DNA of 64,000 nucleotides from Pirellulales bacterium (GTDB lineage: Bacteria > Planctomycetota > Planctomycetia > Pirellulales > PALSA-1355): the NCBI GenBank assembly GCA_963733035.1, contig CAVTBU010000007.1, positions 576,001-640,000 on the forward strand. Reading direction: 5' to 3'. The translations under genes were made by a program, and so were the position numbers. This document shows, piece after piece, positions 10,440-20,035 of the stretch. Position 1 is the first letter of the stretch, and each line of letters begins with the position of its first letter. The notes below the pieces were generated by a model. It ran no database searches and had not been told where the DNA came from. It saw only the letters and a program-made list of their open reading frames with translations.

Positions 10440-12050
10440 ATGGACCAAATCTATCCCTACGAGATACGCGAGTTTTTTCGTCTGTTAGGGCGCCTGTGGC
10501 TCGAGCGCATCGACGCCGAGCTATGGAAATTCGCCCAGGCACTCGACGGGTGGTTGTACGACCTGGCCGCCCACCCCACGCCGCACTGGCGCAAGAACTT
10601 CGAAGCCTTTCTCGCCGAGCAACGCACCGCCGGCCGCGAACTAACTCCCGAGAGCCGCGCGGAATTGCTGGCATATCTCGAAACATGGCCGGGCCAGGCG
10701 GCTGAGCAGAGCGAAGCGGCAACCGAACGACAAGCCGTCCATCAACCATCAAGTCCCGGTACCACGCCCCCGCGCAAGCATGGTCGGTTTGCAAACCGCA
10801 AAACGTACCGCCGGATGAGCGACGACGAGGCATTGTTCAACCGCAAGCTGACCGAAGCGAAGCGCTGCTTGGACGACCTCGAAAAAGTGCTCGCGGCACT
10901 GGCGGACAAGGTCGACGCGGCCGACGAGGGCGCGGAGATCGAAGTCGAGCCCGTAGTCGACGAGGTCGACGATCTGATTTGGCGGCACAACGACGCGCTC
11001 GAGAGTGCGCGAGAAGCCTGGCTGCGCGGCGACTTAGGCGGCAACACGTTCGACCAGCTGATGCGGATGCCGACCCCGGTCTCGCTCTGGCTGCCGATGT
11101 TCACCGACGAGTCGCAAGCCAAACGAGCGCAGGCCCAGTGGAAAAAGATTGGTAAGCGCCTGAACGAGCGGATCACGTTTCTCGACAACGTGATCTTCGC
11201 CATGCAGGTAACGGAGATGGCTGGCACGGCCGCCAGTTATGCCCTGACGGGCGGAGTTCTCATCTCGGCCTTCAAGCAAGGCGGCAAAATCCTGCTCGTG
11301 AAGACGGTTGCCAAGATGGCCGTCGGAGGTGCGGTCTCCTACGGGGTCGGCAAGGCCGTCGAAGCCGGCCTGCGAGCGGCTGGCGTCAGCGAAGAAACCA
11401 TCAGCGCCGTCCAAAAATCCGCCGAGATTGTCACCTGGTTGCTGACGCTACGAAAGATCCACAATTCATTGCCGCAATCGGCTGAAGCCCTTGCCAAGGC
11501 CGCGAAACGAAAAATAGCGACAAGGACTCCGGCGTCGCCAAAAGAATCGTTGCCAAGAGCCGTCCAGCCCAAACCAGTTACCGGTCCCCTCAAAAACCCA
11601 AGCGGCGACCCCGAGATCGCCGCGGCGAAAGCGCGGACTTATCCGTACCCAGCGAGGCCAGTGCGGCCGCTGCAAAAGAAGACATATCCGCCTCGGCCGC
11701 CCCGGAAAAAGACGCATCCGCCCATCGAGGGAACCGTCGATAGGCCGAGAACCGAGCACCACACGTTTCTGCAGAAGGCAATTGCTGAGGAAATGCAGTC
11801 CACTGGCGACTATACAAAAGTTACCATGAGAATGAAGCTGAGTAAGATTTCTGGTGTCAAACACAACCCGGACATCGAACCCGACAACATTGGGGTACAT
11901 GCCGACGGGCGAATCGACATTTTTGAGATTCTGAGCCCAGGGCAAAAACGAACAAAACTCGAAGAGAAGCTGCTACATGCATTGAGCGAAATGCCGCCGG
12001 CTATTCGAGGAGGTTTTCGCATCGTCGATCCCAAGGACGCATTTCAATGA
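10440..12050 (+). CDS. Putative polymorphic toxin with a C-terminal PD-(D/E)xK-like (restriction-endonuclease fold) domain
   Basis: Helical N-region, Gly/Ala-rich hydrophobic segments and a Pro/Lys-rich linker, then H...EPDNIGVHADGRIDIFEILS. The C-terminal part has lower GC and overlaps the next gene at ATGA. Confidence 0.65.
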   Translation: MDQIYPYEIREFFRLLGRLWLERIDAELWKFAQALDGWLYDLAAHPTPHWRKNFEAFLAEQRTAGRELTPESRAELLAYLETWPGQAAEQSEAATERQAVHQPSSPGTTPPRKHGRFANRKTYRRMSDDEALFNRKLTEAKRCLDDLEKVLAALADKVDAADEGAEIEVEPVVDEVDDLIWRHNDALESAREAWLRGDLGGNTFDQLMRMPTPVSLWLPMFTDESQAKRAQAQWKKIGKRLNERITFLDNVIFAMQVTEMAGTAASYALTGGVLISAFKQGGKILLVKTVAKMAVGGAVSYGVGKAVEAGLRAAGVSEETISAVQKSAEIVTWLLTLRKIHNSLPQSAEALAKAAKRKIATRTPASPKESLPRAVQPKPVTGPLKNPSGDPEIAAAKARTYPYPARPVRPLQKKTYPPRPPRKKTHPPIEGTVDRPRTEHHTFLQKAIAEEMQSTGDYTKVTMRMKLSKISGVKHNPDIEPDNIGVHADGRIDIFEILSPGQKRTKLEEKLLHALSEMPPAIRGGFRIVDPKDAFQ

Positions 12051-12886
12051 GATCCGGACAGTTAACCACCTCGGCAGCACTGTTCTGCGACCGCGCACAC
12101 AACGACGCGGTGCCGATGAAATGGTTCAAACGAGCTGTTGAAATCTTTCGTGAGCGCCAACTGTCGCCAATACTCTTCACCGCTGGTGGTGACAAGTTCC
12201 TGCTCGACGATTGTTATGTTCTGGGCCAACCGGGAGGTGATTTGGTGAAGTGGGGCGAATCCATTCCCGCATGTCGCAATCAATTGATCGACGAAATTAA
12301 ACGCGGTGCAATTCAGCATCTCACATTGGATTCACCCCGGTCCGACTCGACCTCCCGATCAGAATGGCACGCTTCAGTCGATCTATCGCCGACAACCGGG
12401 AAGTGTTTTCTGGGCATGGATCAGGAATTGGTCCCCGACTGTGCCGCACTCTTGCGTGATGCGTACAACATGGTCAGCGACTTATTCAATATCCACTATG
12501 GCTTTGCCTACACAATGCCGCTGGCAGATTTGCCGGACTGCTACGCTTCTGGCTCCGGTCGAACTACGCTCGACGACGTTCGTCTCTTTTTGCGCCGGCG
12601 GAGTAGCGGAGTCGAGCCAGCGAAAACGCCGGACGAACTTTGGCGCGACGAGATAATCGGGAGACGCCGGTACCTGACAGGTCTATTCCGCGCCGCATAT
12701 TCTACGAACCTCCTGTCGGACGCGCACCTGCAACGTGCCCACTTGCAAGACGCAGGGCTCGGCAAGCTTTCGCAAATTGGCCGAGCTCTCTGGCTGTGGG
12801 AGCTTGCCGACAGTGAAATTCCCACAGCGAATGAACTCTTGGCCGCCAACGGACTCCTGGTCAGCCAGGCCAATCCATCACGGTAG
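12047..12886 (+). CDS. Putative cognate immunity protein
   Basis: Translationally coupled to the toxin and lower in GC. The pattern YGFAY..P..YA.G...GLFR..Y..NLLS..HL...LWLW resembles immunity proteins I recall downstream of REase-type toxins (not searched). Confidence 0.6.
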   Translation: MRSGQLTTSAALFCDRAHNDAVPMKWFKRAVEIFRERQLSPILFTAGGDKFLLDDCYVLGQPGGDLVKWGESIPACRNQLIDEIKRGAIQHLTLDSPRSDSTSRSEWHASVDLSPTTGKCFLGMDQELVPDCAALLRDAYNMVSDLFNIHYGFAYTMPLADLPDCYASGSGRTTLDDVRLFLRRRSSGVEPAKTPDELWRDEIIGRRRYLTGLFRAAYSTNLLSDAHLQRAHLQDAGLGKLSQIGRALWLWELADSEIPTANELLAANGLLVSQANPSR

Positions 12887-12997
12887 AAATTTAGTGGCAG
12901 GTGCGCTGACGCCCAACCTGTCTCGCGATTGTCCCGCGATATCACCTGCAAGAGATTGTCATTGTTCATTCAGTGCTAGCGATGGTGGTCCTCCGCA

Positions 12998-13267
12998 TCA
13001 CCGACATGCACCTTGGCCCGCGGAAAATCGGAATTCGCCACCAGCTTGAGCGGTGATACGATCGAGGTCCGCAACAGCACGATCGTCTCGCTCGCCCCTG
13101 CTCAACTGGCCGTCGAGGAGTTTAGAACTGGCGAGGACCTGGTAAATTGTTTGGAGTGGGTCGAATTGTAGTGGATCGTGTCCGTTTCCAGTCCTCATCG
13201 ATCCATCGATCCCTCGCAGAACCGGCCGCACGCCATAATGCTGAACGACGTCGATAAGGCGGATCAT
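12998..13267 (-). pseudogene. Remnant beginning like an ABC transporter ATP-binding subunit
   Basis: MIRLIDVVQHYGVRPVLRGID is a typical ABC ATPase N-terminus, but no Walker A motif follows. Confidence 0.5.
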
Positions 13268-13313
13268 ATGACGGTTCAATATACCGCAAATCGCCGGTCT
13301 GCATGAGCTGACT

Positions 13314-13343
13314 TTGACCTTGCCGCCGCCAGACGCTTATAGT
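13314..13343 (+). promoter_or_regulatory. Possible sigma70-type promoter for R2lox
   Basis: TTGACC-N18-TATAGT, about 150 nt upstream of the ATG at 13492. Confidence 0.4.
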
Positions 13344-13491
13344 GAGGCCGTCACGCGCAGGGCGACCACAACCAAACGCGTCGGTTTACGTGTCTTGCGA
13401 TGGCCCTCAATGTCAATGAAGCCCGCTCGGGCGCACTTCTGAAACGATCAGATGACTCGACGTCCTACTCACCTGGCGGAGGGATCGAATC

Positions 13492-14391
13492 ATGGCGACT
13501 CGCGACTCGTATCAAACGACTAGTGCTCGTGGTCTGGACCAGGCGTCAGTTCCCATGCGGTTGTGGCAGAAGGCCAAGCGGCTTGGCGTTTGGAACCCCA
13601 GCGACATCGACCTGGAGCAGGACCGCCACGACTGGCAGCAACTCGAACCCGACGAGCAAGACCTCCTGCTCCGCCTGACCGCTCAATTCCAGGCCGGCGA
13701 AGAGGCGGTCACGCTCGATCTGTTGCCGCTGGTGGCCACGATCGCGGCCGAGGGCCGGCTCGAGGAAGAGATTTACCTGACTTCGTTTCTTTGGGAAGAG
13801 GCCAAGCATGTCGAGGCCTTTCGCCGCTTCTTCGATGAAGTGGTCGGCACCCACGTCGACCTCGGCCATTTTCACGGGCCGAACTACCGACAGCTGTTTT
13901 ACGAGATCCTGCCCACGGCGCTCGGACGGCTCCGCGACGATGCTTCTCCGGTGGCCCTGGCCCGGGCGTCGGTCACCTACAACCTGATCGTCGAAGGGGT
14001 GATGGCCGAGACCGGCTACCATGCCTACTACCAGGTGCTTCGCACGCGCGGCATTCTGCCCGGCATGCAACAGACCATCGACTATCTGAAGCGCGACGAG
14101 TCGCGGCACCTGGCCTACGGCGTGTTTTTGCTGTCGCGGTTGGTTGCCGAGCACGGCGCCCCGGTGTGGGAAGCGATTGAAGACCAGATGCAATCGCTCA
14201 TGGAGCTTCCCCTGGGCATCATCCAGGAAGTGTTCGCCTTGTACGAAGTCCCGCCGTTCGGACTCCGCGAAGACGACTTTTTGGGCTTCGCCATGACCCA
14301 GTTCGGCAACCGCGTGGCCCGCATCGAGAAAGCCCGCCAGCAGAGCGTCGAAGAAATCTACCGTGGCGAGGACCTCGACGCGGAGGAATGA
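13492..14391 (+). CDS. R2-like ligand-binding oxidase (R2lox, Mn/Fe ferritin-like)
   Basis: KAKRLGVWNP.DID, GEEAVTLDLLP, EEAKH, ASVTYN.IVEG..AETGY and DESRH. There is no RNR large subunit nearby. Confidence 0.9.
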   Translation: MATRDSYQTTSARGLDQASVPMRLWQKAKRLGVWNPSDIDLEQDRHDWQQLEPDEQDLLLRLTAQFQAGEEAVTLDLLPLVATIAAEGRLEEEIYLTSFLWEEAKHVEAFRRFFDEVVGTHVDLGHFHGPNYRQLFYEILPTALGRLRDDASPVALARASVTYNLIVEGVMAETGYHAYYQVLRTRGILPGMQQTIDYLKRDESRHLAYGVFLLSRLVAEHGAPVWEAIEDQMQSLMELPLGIIQEVFALYEVPPFGLREDDFLGFAMTQFGNRVARIEKARQQSVEEIYRGEDLDAEE

Positions 14392-14425
14392 CAGGCACTC
14401 AGGCTAGTCACTCACGCTGGGAACC

Positions 14426-14839
14426 ATGAAGAAGAAATCTCGCAGCGACCGCCGGCCGACGACCATCGACGCCTACATCGCCACCTTCCCACCGCCGGTG
14501 CAACAGCTGCTCCAGCAGGTGCGCGCCACGATTGCCCAGGCGGCCCCTGCCGCCCAAGAGGCCATCTCGTACCAAATGCCCACGTTCAAGCTGCATGGCA
14601 ACCTGGTTCACTTTGCCGCCTATACCAAGCACATCGGCTTCTACCCCACCTCCACCGGCATCGCAAACTTCAAGCAGGATCTTGCCGCCTACAAGAGCTC
14701 GAAAGGCGCGGTCCAGTTCCCGTTGGATCGGCCGGTTCCCCACGCCCTGATCCGCAAGATCGTCAAATTCCGCGTCCAAGAAAACGAAGCGCGAGCCAAG
14801 GCCAAAGCCCGGCCCAAGGCCGAGAAAACCAAGCGCTAA
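14426..14839 (+). CDS. DUF1801 (YdhG-like) protein
   Basis: TIDAYIA.FP...E.ISYQMP.F...LVHFAAY..HIGFYP...KG.VQFP. Confidence 0.88.
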   Translation: MKKKSRSDRRPTTIDAYIATFPPPVQQLLQQVRATIAQAAPAAQEAISYQMPTFKLHGNLVHFAAYTKHIGFYPTSTGIANFKQDLAAYKSSKGAVQFPLDRPVPHALIRKIVKFRVQENEARAKAKARPKAEKTKR

Positions 14840-14969
14840 GCTTTCCCCCTCGCGCCTCCTCCTCCGCCAATTTCCCAGCAAAACTGCCCCCAAAAAACCT
14901 GGACTCCTGCCCCGGCCGGTAGTTATGCTGTAGACCATGTGATCCCTTTTAGGTGGGGAGGATCCTGGC

Positions 14970-15614
14970 ATGCGATGTTTCATCTCGACGCTCTGTTCGC
15001 TGGCTGCGGTGTTGGCCCTGGCCTCGACCGCCCGCGGCGGGCTGATCACCTATAGCGATCGCGGCGCCTTCCTTGCGGCACTTGCCGGTTCGCAGCAGTC
15101 CGAATCGTTCGAGGATGAGCCGATCGACGTGCAGGCCGGCTCGCGGACGATCGCCACCAGCACTTCGCAAATTGCCTTCAACGGTGACAGCGGAGCCTTC
15201 TTCGGCGTCAACGATCAGGTTGTGGGCGGCCGCGGCCCGACCGACGGCAGCCAGTACCTGCAAGTTGGGTTCATCGGCACTTCGAACGTTCACTTTCTGT
15301 TCGCCCAGCCGCTGTTGGCATTCGGCATCGACGTGGTCGACAAGAACGTCAACGATTTGGACGGCATCGTCGGCGATTTCACGCAGAACAGTTCGATCGA
15401 CCCCGGCGGCGAAGGCAACGTCCAGTTCTGGGGCGTCATCGCCACGCCCGACTTCGCCTTTACCGACGTCGGCTTTGCCGGCCTCGGGCCCAGCGTCCCC
15501 GGCGACACCTTTGCGCTGGACAACGTGGTGTTCGTTCAGGTGCCGGAGCCGGGCTCGGTGATCCTGGCCGGGCTGGCACTGCTCGCGGGCGTGCTCTTGG
15601 TCCGGCGCCGTTAG
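14970..15614 (+). CDS. PEP-CTERM sorting domain-containing secreted protein
   Basis: Signal peptide; C-terminal VPEPGS followed by a transmembrane helix and RRR. Confidence 0.9.
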   Translation: MRCFISTLCSLAAVLALASTARGGLITYSDRGAFLAALAGSQQSESFEDEPIDVQAGSRTIATSTSQIAFNGDSGAFFGVNDQVVGGRGPTDGSQYLQVGFIGTSNVHFLFAQPLLAFGIDVVDKNVNDLDGIVGDFTQNSSIDPGGEGNVQFWGVIATPDFAFTDVGFAGLGPSVPGDTFALDNVVFVQVPEPGSVILAGLALLAGVLLVRRR

Positions 15615-15720
15615 CGATCGGTTTACCGATGTGTGGCGGCGAGATGTTGCCATCCCCCCGCCACTCCCGCGAACGGATCATCCGCATGCGCTCCTTGAAC
15701 CGCGGCCGTCTTCGGTCGGG

Positions 15721-16454
15721 CTACGCCGACACTGCCGAAAGCTTGGGCGCCGGAACCTGGGGATGCTCGATCGTCCTCAGAAAGTCCAGCACCAGCTGCG
15801 CGCATTCGGCCTGAGAGAAATGCGCCGTGTTCAGTACGACGTCGTAGGCGGCCGGATCGGCGGAGTTCTTGTGGAAGTGCTCGGTCACGAAGCGAATTCG
15901 CTCGCGGTCGATCTTTTCCAACTCGCGGGCGGCGTGTCCGGTGTCGGAAATACCCATCTGCCTGCAAAACGTTGCCAGTCGTTGTTCGAGCGGCGCGACG
16001 AGCCGCACCTTGAGCGTGGTTTTCGGCGGCAAAATGTGGGCGCGCCGCGGCCGACGATGATGCAGTTGCCCAGCGCCGCCAGCTCCTCCATCGCCTCGCG
16101 CAGCCGCCGGACGAAGACGTGCTGATTCACCGAGTGCAGCAGCAAGAACGCTTCCAGCGATTCCTGGATCCAACTGACGTGCCGTTCGTCCAGCGATTCC
16201 AGGTCATGCACGTCCGACCCCAGCCGGGACGCCACCAGTTCCAACAGCTCGTGATCCCAAACGGGCCAGCCAAGCTGCTGGCCAATTGCGCGGGCGTAAT
16301 CCCCGGCGTCGATGCCTGCCTCGCGGCTGATGGCGACGGTGAACGTTCCCGAGGGGGCGGGATAGGGTCCCTGGCCGCGCACGCGCGCGTAGGCGGCAGC
16401 CTGCAAATAGTTCCACACCCCTTGTGCGGCGGCAATCGAATGTTCGTTGTGCAT
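15721..16454 (-). CDS. Cytidylate kinase-like family protein (frameshift near 16040)
   Basis: VAISREAG, W.VWDHELL and CIIVGRGA in ORF 15885..16526. It continues as AHILP...VRLVAP...DRER..F...DPAAYDVVLNT in ORF 15721..16173. Confidence 0.8.
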
Positions 16455-16790
16455 GGCGAGCTCTCCTAAACGCCTCCGGTTCCCAGTGCCGGCTAACCCA
16501 GGCCCACCCTCCGACCATCTACCCATGTACTCTAGTACTGTTTCGCCGCCAGTGCCAACATCGTGCGCGTGACGATTCCGTAAGCTAGCCGCAAGGCGTT
16601 GAGCCCCACCGAGCTGCGTGAGTCACCTGCCTGTGAGTCACCTTGGACGGGCGCTTCCGGGACGCAGTTCGTTGACGCGATTGTCCCCTCAGGCCATCAT
16701 TGGCAGTGATTCCTGGCAACCCTTCATGGTTTAGCTTGGTGCGGAGTCAGCTAATAGCAAACATCTGGAATTGGAAACAGGAGACGGCTC

Positions 16791-18622
16791 ATGAACAGGC
16801 ACGGTCTGCGACGACCGGTTCGGATTGCGATGGCCTGCGTACTGACCAGCAGTGCTTATGTCGCCACCGTCAATGCATCCGCACCGCAAACGGTTGTCGC
16901 CGTGACCGGCACGCAAGCGGTCGGACTCCCGCCGGGTATCATTTTCAATGTGTTCGACTCGCTGCCGCAGATCAATCAGTTGGGCGAAGTTTCCTTTGCC
17001 AGCAAGATCGATGGTGTGGGGCTGCTCGGGCCGTCACCGTATGGCTTATGGTCGGGCACACCCGATTCAATTTCCCTCATTGCTGCGACAGGTATTCCTG
17101 CGCCGGTACAACCGGTGACACCTATTTTTCGACGTTTTCAAACTTGGTCCTAAACGATTCTGGCGACACTTCGTTTACGGCAAGTCTGTTTGGAAATAGT
17201 GTCAGTCCTCCCGATGATGGCCTGGGCATCTGGGTCGGCTTACCCGGAGACGTGCAGTACGCTGCTCGCATCGGAGATCCCGCACCGGGTATCGCGGACG
17301 CCACGTTTCTCCCCTACCAATTGCATCCGGCTGCCCACGACAACCTGGGGCAACTCGCGTTTGCCGCGGGTATTTCGGGTCCCGGTATCGACAATTCGAA
17401 CAACTACGCCATCTGGACAGGCACGCCCGGAGATATAATGCCCGCGATCCGTACCGGTTCGCAGGCCGCCGGGATGCCAGCCGGTGTTTCCTACGGATAC
17501 CATTCGGGAGCCAATCCCATTTTCTTTGAACCATCGTTGGCCAGTAACGGCACGCTTGCCTTCAATGCCAGCGTGGATGGGCCGGGAATCACCAGTTCCA
17601 ACGACAGGGGCATCTGGGTCGGTCAGCCTGGTTCGCCATCGCTCGCCGCCCGCGAGGGCAATGCCGCGCCGGGTACGGCGGCAGGTGTGACCTTTGCAAC
17701 CTTGCCAAACATCGTCACGACCAACTCCGCCGGCCAGGTTGCCTTCGGCGCCACGCTGTCGGGCAGCGGCGTTACGAATTCAAACGACACCGGCGTCTGG
17801 CTCGGTTCGGCCGACAACTTGCAGCTCGTCGCGCGTGAAGACAGCGCCGCTCCGGGAACCGCGCCGGGCGTCAATTTCGCCGCCTTCGTGGGCATCGATA
17901 CGAGCAATTTCACGCCTGCACTTTCCGAGAACGGCGAGGTCGCGTTCGCCGCGGAGTTGAGGGGTCCCGGTATCACGAGCGGCAACGACTATGGTCTGTT
18001 TTGCGGAACGGCCGGCGATCTGCACCTCGTTTTTCAAGCTGGCCAGCAAGTACCCGGTGAGCCGGCGGGTACGCTCTTTTACGGCGTTCGTCCCGATACG
18101 GTATCGATCAACGGAAATGGAGACTTGGCCTTCCTGGAGTCCGTGCACGGTACGGAAACCTTTACCGGTATTTTCGCCACGAGTGGCGGCGTCCTGCACT
18201 TGCTCGTCAAGACGGGCGATCAAATCGACGTCGGCAACGGAGATCTCCGCACGATATCTGATTTGAGATTGTATGCCGGCGTCAGCAGCGGCCGCGGGTC
18301 CGGATGGAATGACGCCGGACAACTCGTCTACCGAGCCACCTTTACCGACCAATCGAGCGCCATCATTGTTACCGCCGTGCCAGAGCCGAGTTCAATGGCG
18401 CTCGCCCTGTTGGGCGGCGCGGTGTTCTATCTCGTACGGCGAAGACCGACAGTGATTTCGCCTGCAGCCAAGGCGCTGCTTTTGCGCTCTGCGCGCACCG
18501 TGCGTCTCTTCTATCTGCCTGGCGTACTCGGCCAAGGGCGGCAAGCCCAGTGCCGAGCCGCGGCCGTCGACGCCCGCCGAAGACCCTGTTCCATCGTTCA
18601 ACTGCAAAGGGCAATCCCATGA
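16791..18622 (+). CDS. PEP-CTERM protein with NxxGxxAF tandem repeats (frameshift near 17100-17130; 3' end after the RRR uncertain)
   Basis: Signal peptide in ORF 16791. Repeats NQLGEVSF, DNLGQLAF, SNGTLAF, NSAGQVAF, ENGEVAF and NGNGDLAF. VPEPSS-TM-RRR near 18378-18445. Confidence 0.85.
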
Positions 18623-19051
18623 GACGCCTCGTTGTGCTGGCTTTCGTCAGTCTATCGATTGCGGCCGCTCGCTCGCTGGCCTACGACGCGTTCGTCGGAG
18701 AGTGGGTCGCCGTCGAAGAGCATCCCACCGACCTTGCCAGGATCAAGATCTGGAAATCGGACGACGTCTGGATGATCGAGGTCTGGGGCGCCGCCCGCGG
18801 TGGCGAGATCAGCGCGGGCAAGGTTCCATTAATCCTTCTGGCAGACACTGCCCGCGCCGGCTCGGAATTGAAATACGGCTACGCGTCGTGGGACCTCAAG
18901 TTCGCCGACTTGTACGTGACGCTCGACCTGGAAAGACCGTGGCACATCACCGCCGAAGACTTCTGGATCTTCAAAGACGGCTCCGAGCGCCTCCAACTAT
19001 CGAAAACGCATCGACTTCAAGCGAAAGCCGGAAGCGAAACCGCTCGATTGA
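18619..19051 (+). CDS. Small secreted hypothetical protein (apparent +1 indel near 18990)
   Basis: Signal peptide MRRLVVLAFVSLSIAAA; FVGEW...EVWG...FKDGSER. Removing one C gives SNYRKRIDFKRKPEAKPLD-stop at 19049-19051. Confidence 0.6.
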
Positions 19052-19297
19052 ACGCTTGCCGACGACCCGCCTGTATGCAGCCCAGAAGAAGAAACGGCAC
19101 GGCCGCACTTGCTGATGAATTTTGCGGCCGGCGTGCGGCTGGCACCAACAACTTGTCAGTGTTGCGAAGCAATTGAAGGCATTTACAGAGCGATCTCGTC
19201 GCAAGCGAGCAAAACGGCGAGCCTAAAACCTCCTGTGCGTGCGGCACCCGAAAAGGCGAGTTGTCCGGGCCACCCGCTGGGCTGTATGGTGACGCGA

Positions 19298-19894
19298 ATG
19301 ACAACCGCCAGCCGCGTGGACACGATCGAGAAATGGTTTAATCGCCGAAGCGACGACGGAGACTTCGTATGCAGCAAGAAGCCGGGAATCTTCTCGATTA
19401 TCGCGCCGCCGGGTGAGCAAGCACCGGTCCTGTTTGTTACGAAGCCGTCCACTGTGGCCACCGCGATTCTTGAATCGGGCGCGTCGGTTGGGATGATCGG
19501 CCGCGAGGGGTTGCCGATTGGCTCCGATGCCCAATGGATTCGTCGAGCGGTCGGGAAAGCAACGTTGCTGTTCCTGGGCGACATGGACCCGGCGGATTTG
19601 ATGATCTTCGCCTGGCTACGAGCGCGCATGCATCCGAAAAAGATCACTCATCGCGGAATCAACGACGCATTCTTGCACGACGTAGACGTCTTCTTGCCTG
19701 AGTCGTTCATCATGAAGTGTTCACCATCGGAGCAAAAAGCGCTGCCCATCTTGAACAGCGTGTTTCCGGACTATGCTGCGGTCGTGGGGCCAAATTGTGC
19801 CGACCTACTGGCGAATGCCAGAAAGATCGAACTTGAGGCCATCATTAGCGCCAAAGGATCAGTCGAGCCGATTGTTGCTGCCGCGATCCGTTGA
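19298..19894 (+). CDS. Stand-alone Toprim-like domain protein (DUF2220/JetD-C or TopoVI-A C-terminal-like)
   Basis: LLFLGDMDPADLMI (DxD motif) and C-terminal KIELEA. Confidence 0.6.
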   Translation: MTTASRVDTIEKWFNRRSDDGDFVCSKKPGIFSIIAPPGEQAPVLFVTKPSTVATAILESGASVGMIGREGLPIGSDAQWIRRAVGKATLLFLGDMDPADLMIFAWLRARMHPKKITHRGINDAFLHDVDVFLPESFIMKCSPSEQKALPILNSVFPDYAAVVGPNCADLLANARKIELEAIISAKGSVEPIVAAAIR

Positions 19895-19983
19895 GTAATT
19901 AAAGACCAATGAGGCAGGTTGATCGTTCAAAACCCCTCCTGTGCGTTCGGTGGCCCGGCGTCCGTCGGTTTGAGCGCGGGAGA

Positions 19984-20004
19984 CCGTGCAGACCAACTGC
20001 ACGG
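19984..20004. terminator. Hairpin between convergent genes
   Basis: ccgtgcag-accaa-ctgcacgg is a perfect 8-bp stem, but there is no clear U-tract. Confidence 0.35.
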
Positions 20005-20035
20005 GCAGCACGAGCGATAGAATTCGCGTGATGGG

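Noticed and set aside
13492..14391. Ribonucleotide reductase beta subunit (nrdB)
   Set aside because: The motifs fit R2lox and there is no alpha subunit nearby.
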